Below are positions 42,940 to 52,706 of a stretch of DNA of 64,000 nt, in pieces; position 1 is the first letter of the stretch; each line of letters starts with the position of its first letter. The stretch comes from Alphaproteobacteria bacterium (lineage in GTDB: Bacteria > Pseudomonadota > Alphaproteobacteria > SMXQ01). A model generated the notes under the pieces. The model searched no databases and was not told where the DNA came from. It was given only the letters and a program-made list of their open reading frames with translations. The DNA lies in contig JBKBHI010000002.1 of NCBI GenBank assembly GCA_046297835.1, positions 7,376-71,375 on the forward strand. The letters are read 5' to 3'. The position numbers and the translations under genes were made by a program.

Positions 42940-43737
42940 ATGGCGTCGAAGATCAATCACGTGGCGATGATGAGCGCCAACTATGCGCTCGAGTCGAAAT
43001 TCTACGAGTCCGTTTTCGGTATGCGCATCTCGCCGAAAGCGCGGCCGGCGCGGGCCGTGTCGATCGGCGACGGATATGTCGGCATGAACATCAATCCGCG
43101 CCGCGCCGGACGCCCCAGCCGGCTCGACCATTTCGGCATCCAGGTCGACGATCTCGAATCGACGGTGGCGCGCATCCGCGAGCGGCATCCGGAGATCGAG
43201 GTCCTCAAGCGCCCCAGCACACGCCCCTTCGTCGAGCTCGCCAGCTACGATCCCGACGGCAACGTCTTCGATCTGAGCCAGGCGAAGAGCGACAAGCTCA
43301 AAGACATATACGCCCACAACGACTGGCAGGCCGAGCGCCGCGTCAGCCACATCGGAATCCGCACGCTCAACGCGGAAGTCTGCGCCGAATATTACGTCGA
43401 CATGTTCGACTTGAAGCCGGCGAATCTGCCGATCAAGAACGCTCACGGCGTCACGGATGGCATGGTGACGCTGATTTTTCTGCCGTGGAACATCGAAGAT
43501 TATGCCGGCGCGACGCCGGTCGGCCCCGGCATCCACTATTTCGGCTTCAAGGTCGAAGACTTGGCCAAGTTCAAGGAGGACCTGGAAGCGGCCGGGAAAA
43601 GCAATCCGCTGCTCACGCCCGCGCCCGTCGGATTGGGAGCCGAGGGCCGGGCCCGTCTCGCGCTGTTCGAGCGCGACAGCCTCGGCATCCTGCGCATGGC
43701 CGATCCCGACGGCAACCTACTCGACATCGTGGCATGA
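42940..43737 (+). CDS. two-domain VOC-family protein (extradiol dioxygenase/glyoxalase fold)
   Basis: Two VOC modules (INHVAMMS..., VSHIGIRTLNAEV...). Confidence 0.7.
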   Translation: MASKINHVAMMSANYALESKFYESVFGMRISPKARPARAVSIGDGYVGMNINPRRAGRPSRLDHFGIQVDDLESTVARIRERHPEIEVLKRPSTRPFVELASYDPDGNVFDLSQAKSDKLKDIYAHNDWQAERRVSHIGIRTLNAEVCAEYYVDMFDLKPANLPIKNAHGVTDGMVTLIFLPWNIEDYAGATPVGPGIHYFGFKVEDLAKFKEDLEAAGKSNPLLTPAPVGLGAEGRARLALFERDSLGILRMADPDGNLLDIVA

Positions 43738-44558
43738 ACGAAGCCGCGATGACCGCCAGCATCAATCATCTGACCATCGTCAGCGAGAACAACCACGTCG
43801 TCGGCCGGTTCTACGAAGGCGTCTTCGGACTCCGCCCCGCAGGCGATCACGACCCGCTGGGACCCGTCCGGATCGGCGACGGCCATGTCGGCCTCAACAT
43901 CCATCCGCGCCTCGCCGGCCAACCGGCGCAACTCGACCGCTTCGGCATCGCGGTGCAGGATCTTGAAAGCACGCTCGGGCGCCTGCAGGAAGCCTACCCG
44001 CGCCTCACCGGGGCGGCGACTGGCCGCAGCACGCAATGGGGAGCGGTCAGCGTCCACGACCCTGACGGCAACCTGCTCATGCTCTCGCAACAGGGCGGGC
44101 GCGCCCATGACGACATTTACGAGCCTGACGGGCGCGAACGGTCGCGCGCGATCGACCATGTCGCTTTGCGCGTGCTGCATCCGCAAAAAATCGCGGAGTT
44201 CTACATGCGCATGTTCGGCTTCGCGCGGATCGACGGGCCGGCCAGCGAGCGGAACGTCTATCTCTCCGACGGCAATATCACTCTGGTCGTCATCCCATGG
44301 CGTCTGAGCGATTTCGAAAATACCGGCATTTCCGCGCGCGGGCTGGATCATATCGGCTTTCGGGTCGAGAGCCTCGACGCGCTCAAGAACGACATGACGC
44401 AGGCCATCGAACTGAATTACCGCTTTCAGCCGAACGCCAGCATCGTCGGAAAAGGCAAGGAAGGCGCGAACCGTATCGAGATGTTTCGCCGGACCTGCCC
44501 GCTCGGCTGCCACCATCTGGCCGACCCCGACGGCCTCATCATCGACGTGCGGGAATAG
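43734..44558 (+). CDS. two-domain VOC-family protein, tandem paralog
   Basis: Its ATG overlaps the upstream stop (ATGA). Same architecture (INHLTIVS..., IDHVALRVLHPQK...). Confidence 0.7.
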   Translation: MNEAAMTASINHLTIVSENNHVVGRFYEGVFGLRPAGDHDPLGPVRIGDGHVGLNIHPRLAGQPAQLDRFGIAVQDLESTLGRLQEAYPRLTGAATGRSTQWGAVSVHDPDGNLLMLSQQGGRAHDDIYEPDGRERSRAIDHVALRVLHPQKIAEFYMRMFGFARIDGPASERNVYLSDGNITLVVIPWRLSDFENTGISARGLDHIGFRVESLDALKNDMTQAIELNYRFQPNASIVGKGKEGANRIEMFRRTCPLGCHHLADPDGLIIDVRE

Positions 44559-44651
44559 CGGGCAGCAAGCCTATCCGGCCATCCGCAAATCGGCGGGCTT
44601 GCCCGCCTCGCCTTCATCGCATCATACACACCGTTCGAGGAGCTTTCGTTC

Positions 44652-46487
44652 ATGACCGCCGAAAAAGAAAAAAACGCCGCGCGCGCCGCCGTAGCCAGCG
44701 TCGAAGTCGCGACCGGCACGCATAAGCCGAACCAGCCGGAATACGGCTCCGACGCGGTCGTCGAACTGCTGAACGGGTTCGGGTTCGACTACGCCTTTCT
44801 CAATCCCGGCTCCAGCTATCGCGGCCTTCACGACTCGCTCGTCAACTACAACGCGAACGTGACGCCGAAAGTCGTCCTCGGTCTGCATGAAGACGCCGTG
44901 ACGGCGATGGCCCAGGGCTACGCCACCGCCTCGGGCAAGCCCGCGCTCTGCATCCTGCACAATATGGTCGGCCTGATGCACGGTGCGATGGGCGTGTTCA
45001 ACATGTATTGCGCCGGCATGCCCGTGGTCATTCTCGGCGGCTCGGGCCCGTCCGACATGGCGCTGCGCGGCCCCGTGGACTATCTGCATTCCGCCAACAC
45101 CCAGGGCGAGATCGTGCGCTCCTACGTCAAATGGGACGACGAGGCGACGACGCTGGAAGGCGTGATCGAATCGGTGATGCGCGGCTACAAGATCGCCAAT
45201 ACCGTGCCCAAAGGCCCGGTCTATGTCGCCTTCGACTCCGGCATCCAGGAGCAGAAGCTGGCGGGGCCGATCGCCCTGCCCGACGTCGCCGATCCGCGTT
45301 TCCAGCCGCCGGCCCCGCCCGCCGCCAGCAAGGAGATCGTCGAACGAATGACGGACATGCTCGTCGGCGCGGATTATCCGATGATCGTCGGCGGCCGGGT
45401 CGGCTATTTGCCGGCGGCGACGAAGCCGATGCGGGAACTCGTCGAACTGCTCGGCGCCGCCTATTGCGAAGACCGGTCCTTCGTCTCGCTGGCGACGCGG
45501 CATCCGCAGAACCTCACCGGCTCTCGCGAAGCGCTCGCCAAATCCGACGTGCTGCTCGCCGTCGATTGCGCCGACGTGCATTGGACCGTGGGCGGCTACA
45601 TGGGGCGGCGCAGCAACACTTATAAAAAGCCCGAGGACGCCGGCCATCGGCGGCAGATCATCGACCTGTCGATGAACGAAAGCGCCAACCGCCGCTGGAG
45701 CCGCATCGGCGGCCCGATCGCCGACACCGCGCTGCAGGTGATGGCCGACCCATTGACGGTGCTGGCGCAGATCATCGAAGCGCTGAAAGCGCGCATCGCC
45801 GCCGAGCCCGCGCTGGCCGACCGCTTCGCGAAACGCGCGGCGGCGATCGCGCAGGAAAAGGCGGCGCTGGTCCAGAAGCAGCAAGAGAGGCTCAAGGCGC
45901 GTTGGGACGAGGACCCCATCTCTCCCGGCCGCATGGTCGCCGAACTGTTCGCCGCCGTGCGCCATAAGCCTTGGTATCTCACCTTGCGCAACCACCGCTC
46001 ATGGCCCGAAGGCGCTTGGGAATTCGACGGCGCCGGCCAATATGCCGGACATTCCTCGGGCGGCGGCCTCGGCCACGGCACCGGCGCTTCGGTCGGCGCG
46101 GCCTTCGCCTGCCTGGACGACGGCCGCTTTCCCGTCGGCATCATCGGCGACGGCGATTTCCTGATGGCGACGACGGCCGTCTGGACGGCCGTCCACTACA
46201 AGGTGCCGTTGTTGATGGTCATCAACAACAACACCTCCTGGTTCAACGACGAAGAGCACCAGATCAAGATCGCCAAGACCCGCGGCCGGCCGCCGGAGAA
46301 CGCCTATATCGGCACGACGACGCGAAGCCCGGATGTCGATTTCGTGAAAGTGTCCGAAGGCTACGGCGCCTATGCCGAGGGGCCCATCACCAAGCCGGGC
46401 GACCTGGCCGGCGCGTTCCAGCGCGCGGTCAAGGTGGTCGAGAGCGGCGGCGTGGCGGTCATCGACGTCCGCACCGGCAATCTATAA
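44652..46487 (+). CDS. thiamine-diphosphate-dependent enzyme (acetolactate synthase/benzoylformate decarboxylase-like)
   Basis: ThDP N-terminal PYR domain, central domain, and C-terminal PP domain with GDGDFLM (GDG-X24-N type) motif. 611 aa. Confidence 0.8.
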   Translation: MTAEKEKNAARAAVASVEVATGTHKPNQPEYGSDAVVELLNGFGFDYAFLNPGSSYRGLHDSLVNYNANVTPKVVLGLHEDAVTAMAQGYATASGKPALCILHNMVGLMHGAMGVFNMYCAGMPVVILGGSGPSDMALRGPVDYLHSANTQGEIVRSYVKWDDEATTLEGVIESVMRGYKIANTVPKGPVYVAFDSGIQEQKLAGPIALPDVADPRFQPPAPPAASKEIVERMTDMLVGADYPMIVGGRVGYLPAATKPMRELVELLGAAYCEDRSFVSLATRHPQNLTGSREALAKSDVLLAVDCADVHWTVGGYMGRRSNTYKKPEDAGHRRQIIDLSMNESANRRWSRIGGPIADTALQVMADPLTVLAQIIEALKARIAAEPALADRFAKRAAAIAQEKAALVQKQQERLKARWDEDPISPGRMVAELFAAVRHKPWYLTLRNHRSWPEGAWEFDGAGQYAGHSSGGGLGHGTGASVGAAFACLDDGRFPVGIIGDGDFLMATTAVWTAVHYKVPLLMVINNNTSWFNDEEHQIKIAKTRGRPPENAYIGTTTRSPDVDFVKVSEGYGAYAEGPITKPGDLAGAFQRAVKVVESGGVAVIDVRTGNL

Positions 46488-46508
46488 ACGCGATAAGGGA
46501 GAACCAGC

Positions 46509-47003
46509 ATGTCCACGACCATGGAATCGAACACGACGCCAGCCGATGACGTCGCCCTGGAAGCCCGCCATGTCGAGGCCGAATCCCAGGTGCGCGTCTA
46601 TCATTACGAGAAGCCCGACGCGGAAAGGGCCAAGGCGCGGGTTCGCCTCGGCAAGACCGATCTCGTCAGCGCCGCCGTGCAAATCGTCAAGAAGGACGGC
46701 GGCGAGAACAACCTGCATTTTCACACGATGATCGACACCTTCTGGATGGTCCTGAAAGGCCGGTGCCGCTTTTACGGGCCGGGGGACGAGCTCATCGGCG
46801 AGCTTGGGCCGATGGAGGGCACCATCACGCCCCGCTACGCGCGCTACTGGTTCGAGAACGCCGGCGACGAAGAATTGGAGTTGTTGCAGGTCGCCGCGTC
46901 GGCCCGCCCCGGCGATTCGACGCCCATGGGCGGCCGCACCGATGCCGCGCCGCAGCGCTTCAAGGTCGGCACGACCGAACGGTTCACGGCCGAAAAGTCT
47001 TGA
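46509..47003 (+). CDS. cupin-domain protein (paralog of 25553-26020)
   Basis: GGENNLHFHTMIDTFWMVLKGRCRFYGPGDELIGE...ARYWFENAG aligns with the 25.5 kb cupin. Confidence 0.7.
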   Translation: MSTTMESNTTPADDVALEARHVEAESQVRVYHYEKPDAERAKARVRLGKTDLVSAAVQIVKKDGGENNLHFHTMIDTFWMVLKGRCRFYGPGDELIGELGPMEGTITPRYARYWFENAGDEELELLQVAASARPGDSTPMGGRTDAAPQRFKVGTTERFTAEKS

Positions 47004-47025
47004 GGCCGATCGGCGAAACGCCGGC

Positions 47026-47379
47026 TCAGCCGCGCCGGGATTCCCGGACCAGCAGTTGCAAAAGCGACGCCAATTCGAAAGGCTTCTGCAGCACGGCGGT
47101 GGAGCGAAAGCGCTCGGCCAGGCCGGCTTGGCCGTAACCCGTCGTGAAAATGAACGGCAGATGCCGGCGCATCAACGCATCGGCCCCCGGCCCCGGGGGC
47201 GTTTGCTTCCGCCCCCCGGCCCAGGACGGCATGGGGAAAGGCGACCTCGCCCCCCTGCGCTCGCGCAAAATGCCGCGAGAAATCTCCGCCCGCTCGCGAA
47301 GTTGCGGCGAGTTGCCTGACGCGTCAGGAATCGAGGGGTTCCGCGGCGAAGCGGAAATTTCGCCGCGGCTCCATGCCAA
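47026..47379 (-). pseudogene. remnant of a response-regulator receiver domain (only the last ~45 codons are REC-like)
   Basis: The C-terminus LPFIFTTGYGQAGLAERFRSTAVLQKPFELASLL is the alpha4-beta5-alpha5 part of REC. Upstream ORF sequence is low-complexity non-REC. GC-rich palindromes lie just upstream. Confidence 0.4.
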
Positions 47380-47469
47380 CCGTTCGGGGCGATGCCGCGC
47401 CCGCCAGGGACGCCGACCGCCGCGAATCGGGCCGCATCCTGCGATGCGGCCCGCTTCCGCCGCGGGCGT

Positions 47470-48498
47470 TTACTTTTCGAGCGCCGACAAGGCCTTCGCC
47501 CGCTCCACGACCGCGGGCGGGACGTCCCGGCCCTCTTCCACCAGGGCCTGCAGCCTTTCGCCGCGCATCGGGTCGAGTTCGAGACCGGACTTATTCAAAT
47601 CCGCCTCGAACGTCGGATCGTTGATGGTCTTCCAGAACGCCTCGCGCAGCATCGCGACCGTCTCCTTCGGCACGCCCGGCGGCGCGACGATCGAACGGCC
47701 GATATCCGAAGGCGCGGCGAAGAAGCGCAGCAACTGGCGGTCCTCCTCGTTCTTTGCGAGGTCGAGCATGCGCGGCACATTCGGCAGGTCGTCATTCTTT
47801 TCGGCCCCCGTCTGCAGCAGCAGACGGATTTTTCCGTCGCGCAGCCAATCGGCCTGCGCCGCCTTGATCGCCGTCCAGGGCCGGCTGAGGCCGTGAATTT
47901 CGCCGCGCTCCATCGCCAACAGCGATTCGCTGGTGCCTTTGTAGCCCGTGAGAATCTGCAGCTTGGTGCCGACGACGTTGTTGAGGATCACCCAGTTCAA
48001 ACGCGAAGCGGCGCCCGATGCCGACACGATGAAGTTCTTGTCGAAGGCGTCTTCGATCTTCTGGATCGGCGACGTATGCCAGGAGAACAGCACGGCGCTG
48101 TTGGAGGCGAGCCGGCCAACCCAGTTGAATTTGGTGGTGTCAGCCTTCAGGCCGCTGCGGCCCATCAGCTCGAAGGCTTGTATGGCCTGATCGATCATGC
48201 CGATGACGGTGCCGTCCTTCGGCGCGATTTCGTAGAGATGGTTGGTCGCCCGCACGCTGCCCGCGCCCGGCATGTTCTGCGTGATGCCGCTCGGATTGCC
48301 CGGCAGAAACCGCCCGATATGGGTTGCGATCAAGCGGCTGTATCCGTCATAGCTGCCGCCGACGTCGAAGCCGACGATGACGGTGATCTGCTTTCCGGAA
48401 AAGCCCGGCGCCGATTGAGCCTGAGCCTGCGCAGGCGTCAAGGCCCACGTCGCCGCCAGCGCCATGATCGTGGCGCTCATCTTTTTCGCATAGGTCAT
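47470..48498 (-). CDS. TctC/Bug-family tricarboxylate-type solute-binding protein (second copy)
   Basis: Signal peptide plus Bug-family body. 342 aa. Confidence 0.8.
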   Translation of the reverse strand: MTYAKKMSATIMALAATWALTPAQAQAQSAPGFSGKQITVIVGFDVGGSYDGYSRLIATHIGRFLPGNPSGITQNMPGAGSVRATNHLYEIAPKDGTVIGMIDQAIQAFELMGRSGLKADTTKFNWVGRLASNSAVLFSWHTSPIQKIEDAFDKNFIVSASGAASRLNWVILNNVVGTKLQILTGYKGTSESLLAMERGEIHGLSRPWTAIKAAQADWLRDGKIRLLLQTGAEKNDDLPNVPRMLDLAKNEEDRQLLRFFAAPSDIGRSIVAPPGVPKETVAMLREAFWKTINDPTFEADLNKSGLELDPMRGERLQALVEEGRDVPPAVVERAKALSALEK

Positions 48499-48744
48499 TC
48501 GTTATCCTCCCGTTGTTCGTTCTTGTGCACTCTTCGGTGCTTGTCGCCGGCCCGACATGCCTGTCTGCCGGCACTTTCGCCTGCTCGCCAGCTCGCTGGC
48601 GTCAGCGATTCTTTCCCTCCTTTTCCGTGCGCTCCGCGCCGCAGGCAACCGCGCCGAAGTTGGCGTTCGACCGATCCTAAACTAAACTATGCCCGCTATA
48701 AATCACGAGCCTGTAGGCCGTAAAAAAACGGGGAGAACGCCGCC

Positions 48745-49530
48745 ATGGAAGGCGCAATTGTCAGCGAAAATGCGGCAAACGGCCGCCCGAGCGCGTTCAG
48801 CGCGGCGGAATGGGACACCCGGATGCAGCTCGCGGCGGCATTCCGCATCGCGCATCACCTGGGCTGGAACGATCGCTTGGTCAATCACATCACCGCCCGC
48901 GTGCAAGGCGAGCCCGACCACTTTCTGATGAATCCTCATGATCTGGGCTGGCATGAAGTCACCGCCAGCAGCCTGGTGAAGGCCGACATCGACGGCCGCA
49001 TCTTGAGCGGCGGCGACGCCCCGCTCGCGCCCGCCGGCCTCAATTTCCACAGCGCCATTCTCAAGGCCAACAGAACGACCAATTGCGTCGTCCACACCCA
49101 TCCGATGGCGGGCATCGTCATCTCCGCGACGGTCGGCGGCCTGAAGATCTTCGACCAAAGCAGCTGCATGCTGCACCGCGACGTCGGCTACCATGCGTTC
49201 GAAGGCTATGCGAACGAACGCGACGAAGCCGCGCGCATCATCGCCGATCTAGGCGACCGCAAAGCGATGATCATGCGCAATCACGGCCTGCTGAGCGTCG
49301 GTCGCACCATCGGCGAAGCCTTCAGCTACATGCGCCGCTTGATCACGGCTTGCGAATTGCAAGAGCGCATCATGTCGCTGAACACGGAGATCCGTGAAAT
49401 CCCTGACGACATCAAGGATTTCACCAAGTCGCAGATCGACGCGCGCCGGCCGAACCAGCCGCTGGGCGGTCCGGAATGGCGGATGTGCATGCGCATGGCC
49501 GACGAGCTCTATCCCGACTACAAAACCTGA
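48745..49530 (+). CDS. class II aldolase/adducin-family protein
   Basis: Metal-binding HTHP region (NCVVHTHPMAG), and the family fold throughout. Confidence 0.75.
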   Translation: MEGAIVSENAANGRPSAFSAAEWDTRMQLAAAFRIAHHLGWNDRLVNHITARVQGEPDHFLMNPHDLGWHEVTASSLVKADIDGRILSGGDAPLAPAGLNFHSAILKANRTTNCVVHTHPMAGIVISATVGGLKIFDQSSCMLHRDVGYHAFEGYANERDEAARIIADLGDRKAMIMRNHGLLSVGRTIGEAFSYMRRLITACELQERIMSLNTEIREIPDDIKDFTKSQIDARRPNQPLGGPEWRMCMRMADELYPDYKT

Positions 49531-49551
49531 TGGGCTAGAAAACCTGACGGA

Positions 49552-50520
49552 CTAGCTCAGGCGGATGTTCTGCCAATCGACGACGCGCGTGAGCCGCTCG
49601 CCCTTCAGGTAGCGGGTGAGGTTCTCGTCGATCATGTCCACGAGCAGGCTCGAATTGTCCGCCCCGCCGCCAGCCAGATGCGGCGTGACGACGACATTTG
49701 GCAGACGCCAGAGCGGGCTGTCAGCGGGCAAGGGCTCGGTTTTCGCGACATCGAGGCCGGCGCCGGCGATCTGGCCGGCACGGCAGGCGGCGGCGAGGGC
49801 ATCCTCGTCGACGAGCTCGCCGCGGGCGACATTCACCAGGATCGCCCCGCGCTTCATCGCGCCGAAGGCCGCCGCGTCGATGAGGTCGGCCGTCTCTTCC
49901 GTCGCCACCGTCGCCAGCATCACGAAATCGGCGACCGCCAAAGCCTCGGCGAGATGTTCGCGCGCGTAGACCTTCTCGACGAATTCGTCGGCCGACGCGG
50001 CACGGGAGACGCCGACGACCTTCATGCCGAAGCTGCGCGCGCGCCGCGCCGCCTCGCGGCCAACCGCGCCGAGGCCGATGATGCACATCGTCCGGCCATA
50101 GAGCGCGATCATCGAGTCTTTGAGGTCTCGTCGCCATTCGCCGCGCGCGGCGGCCTGCTCCATGTCGCGCAGCCGGTGTCCGACCATCAGCGCCAGCGCG
50201 AAGGCGTGCTCGGCGACCATCGGCGCCGCCATCCCCGCGCCATTGGTCACGATAGCGCGCTCGGGAAAGCCGCCGGCGCGCAACGCGGCATCGATGCCCG
50301 ACGTGGTGAACTGAATCCATTTCAAGCCGGCGGCGCGCTTGACGATCGCCGCAACCTCGGCGTCGTAATGCGGGCTCGCCGTCACCAACGCCTCGGCATC
50401 GGGCAATTCCCGCGCCAGCCCGGCGGCGTTCTCCACCGGCACGAAACTTTGGTCCGGATGCCGGGCGGCGAGCTCCGCGATGTCGATGCGGCCGGGCCGC
50501 ATCAGAACAACGATTTTCAT
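49552..50520 (-). CDS. D-isomer-specific 2-hydroxyacid dehydrogenase, NAD-binding
   Basis: GLGAVGREAARRARSFGMKV Rossmann and catalytic R/E/H region (NVARGELVDE...TPHLAG). Start placed at MKIVVLM. Confidence 0.8.
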   Translation of the reverse strand: MKIVVLMRPGRIDIAELAARHPDQSFVPVENAAGLARELPDAEALVTASPHYDAEVAAIVKRAAGLKWIQFTTSGIDAALRAGGFPERAIVTNGAGMAAPMVAEHAFALALMVGHRLRDMEQAAARGEWRRDLKDSMIALYGRTMCIIGLGAVGREAARRARSFGMKVVGVSRAASADEFVEKVYAREHLAEALAVADFVMLATVATEETADLIDAAAFGAMKRGAILVNVARGELVDEDALAAACRAGQIAGAGLDVAKTEPLPADSPLWRLPNVVVTPHLAGGGADNSSLLVDMIDENLTRYLKGERLTRVVDWQNIRLS

Positions 50521-50563
50521 TGATCTGCCTTGCATGATTACGCCGTCGCCGCCGAGCCTGGAC

Positions 50564-51208
50564 TCACGCCAGGCTGGCGAAGCCGGCCTCGACCTCCGCT
50601 TCGAACGCCTCGAACTTCCGCACGCTCGGGCGGGCGCGCATGCGGGCAAAATGGCCCATGACGTTGCTATAGCCAGAAATGTCCACCTTCAGCTCTTGCG
50701 CGCGCCGCGCGCACCAGAAGAAATGGGCATCCGGCGTGGTGAAGCGGTCGAAGAACCATGCGCGCCCGGCCAGCATCTCGTCGGCAATGGCGAAGTTCTC
50801 ATGCAGCGCCTCGGTGGCGATGGTGGTGACGCGGCCTTCCGCGCCCGGCGCATCGCAGGTCTTGGCGGGGTTGTTGACCCGCGCGAGATACGGATGGATG
50901 CCAGCCGAGCACCAGCTGTGCAGGGATAACGCCTGAAGCTCTTCCCATGGATCGGCGGGCAGGAGGTTCGCCTCGGGGAAGTTGCGCGCGACCCACGAAT
51001 GGATGGCGACGTTCTCCGTCATCGCCCGGCCGTCCACCACCAGCGTCGCCACCTTATGCTTGGGATTGATCTTCAGATACTCGGCCGAGAATTGCTGCTT
51101 TCTACGCAGGCTGAGGGCCTCGACCCGAAAGTCGGCTCCAGCTTCTGTCAGCGTGATGTAGGGCGCGAGGGAACAAGTATGCGGCGCGTAATAAAGCGTG
51201 ATCTGCAT
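50564..51208 (-). CDS. glutathione S-transferase
   Basis: GST N-terminal thioredoxin-like and C-terminal helical domains. 214 aa. Confidence 0.75.
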   Translation of the reverse strand: MQITLYYAPHTCSLAPYITLTEAGADFRVEALSLRRKQQFSAEYLKINPKHKVATLVVDGRAMTENVAIHSWVARNFPEANLLPADPWEELQALSLHSWCSAGIHPYLARVNNPAKTCDAPGAEGRVTTIATEALHENFAIADEMLAGRAWFFDRFTTPDAHFFWCARRAQELKVDISGYSNVMGHFARMRARPSVRKFEAFEAEVEAGFASLA

Positions 51209-51309
51209 ATAGGCCTCCCAGGGGTCCGTTTTTCGCAGATATTGCCACGGTCGCGCCTCCGCAGCGAGTAGGTTCGATGCCCACTTGCCGCATCATGGCG
51301 CGCCGGCGC

Positions 51310-52314
51310 TTATGGGCGGCTCAGCAGCATGTCCCATAATGCAGAGAAATTTTCGCGCGCGTTCTCCCGATGGGTTTCGTAGCGCGCGTGGGCCGAAGGC
51401 GGCGCGCTGCGATCCAGACGAACCGACCAAAGCGGCGCGATTTCCGTGGGCAGAAACGCGTAGCGAACGTCGATAATACGCGCCTCTCCGTCTTTCATCT
51501 GAGCGACGAATCCGTCGCTGAAGCGCGCGAAGCGTTCGATATCGCGCGCTTGCTGAGACTCTGAATCTAGCCACGGAAAGGCTTTCGCGACATCCAGCTT
51601 GGCGATAGACGAACCCTCTATCGTTCTCGGGCCGAAGCTGGGGCGCACCGCGTCGACATAAAACCGGCCTTCCGTTTCATAGATGCTTCGCCACACGATC
51701 AAGTTGGCGAAGGTCGGCTTGACCTCGATCCGGACGGGCGAATGACCTCGATCTTCGGCCAATCCGTAGGCCAAGGATTTCGCCGCATGATGCTGATACG
51801 CGCCGAACCCTAAGTAAACCGCGCCCCATAGCATCGCCAGCCGGGCCCAGCGCCCGCTCTGTCGCGCGACGCCGACGATCACGAGCGACAAGAGCGGCAG
51901 CGTAAAAAGCGGATCGACGACGGAAATGATGCTGAGCGAAAATCGCCGATCGCTGATCGGCCACAGCAACTGCGTGCCATATGAGGTGGCGGCGTCCAGC
52001 AGGCCGTGGGTGGCATATCCCAAGCAGCTGAACAGCCACAGTCGCAGAAAACCGACCCGTAACCGCCGGCGCAGAACGAGAAAAAACAGCGCCGCGACAA
52101 GCAGGCCGCCAACCGGGATGAAAACGAAGGAATGCGTGAATTGCCGGTGATATTCCAGGAACAGCAAGCCATCGCTTGGCGAGCGGATCAGCACATCGAG
52201 ATCGGCCGCCATGCCGGCGAGAAAACCGGCCGCGGCGGCGGTCCTTGTCTGGCCCTTGCCCCGAATCGACGACGGGAGGGCCGCGCCGAGCGCGCCTTGT
52301 GTCAGCGGATCCAT
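51310..52314 (-). CDS. membrane-bound metal-dependent hydrolase, YdjM/DUF457 family
   Basis: MDPLTQGALGAAL start and His-rich TM core (HRQFTHSF, ATHGLLDAATSYGTQLLWP). Confidence 0.65.
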   Translation of the reverse strand: MDPLTQGALGAALPSSIRGKGQTRTAAAAGFLAGMAADLDVLIRSPSDGLLFLEYHRQFTHSFVFIPVGGLLVAALFFLVLRRRLRVGFLRLWLFSCLGYATHGLLDAATSYGTQLLWPISDRRFSLSIISVVDPLFTLPLLSLVIVGVARQSGRWARLAMLWGAVYLGFGAYQHHAAKSLAYGLAEDRGHSPVRIEVKPTFANLIVWRSIYETEGRFYVDAVRPSFGPRTIEGSSIAKLDVAKAFPWLDSESQQARDIERFARFSDGFVAQMKDGEARIIDVRYAFLPTEIAPLWSVRLDRSAPPSAHARYETHRENARENFSALWDMLLSRP

Positions 52315-52341
52315 GCGATCATTCAAACACAGATGCGGGGT

Positions 52342-52362
52342 TGGCGGAGAGGATTCGAACCC
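52342..52362 (-). other. tRNA 3'-end-like fragment (T-loop plus acceptor/CCA, Ser-like), not a complete tRNA
   Basis: The minus strand reads GGGTTCGAATCCTCTCCGCCA. No matching 5' half or anticodon arm could be folded. A 16-bp perfect palindrome (52401-52416) lies adjacent. Confidence 0.4.
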
Positions 52363-52706
52363 GTCGGTCGTGCTGGACACGCCCGTCACTTAATGAGTTA
52401 GCGGGTTTAAACCCGCATGAGGCGGGGTCAACTTGGCGTAATGGCGGAGCAGCCAGTTAGGTCAAACTGGTCTCTCAAATTTCCCTGTTAAACAGGGAAA
52501 TGCAGCGAATTTTCTCGGATTATATGCCCATACGCGCAGGCACCCTCCTAATTTTCTGAATATTTTTAGGTACTTAAGCTGAGTGACTTAATAATCAGCG
52601 GTCAAAAAAACAGGGAATTTGTGAAGTCGGATCAGGGATTCGGGGTGCTAATAACAGCGATTTTGAAACCGCCTCCCTAGCAGCTAAACACCCCGAGCTA
52701 AAAAGC

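Noticed and set aside
52336-52440. Possible complete tRNA gene
   Set aside because: Only the T-loop, acceptor and CCA side could be recognised. No complementary 5' acceptor strand, D-arm or anticodon arm could be paired. It is kept only as a tRNA-like fragment.
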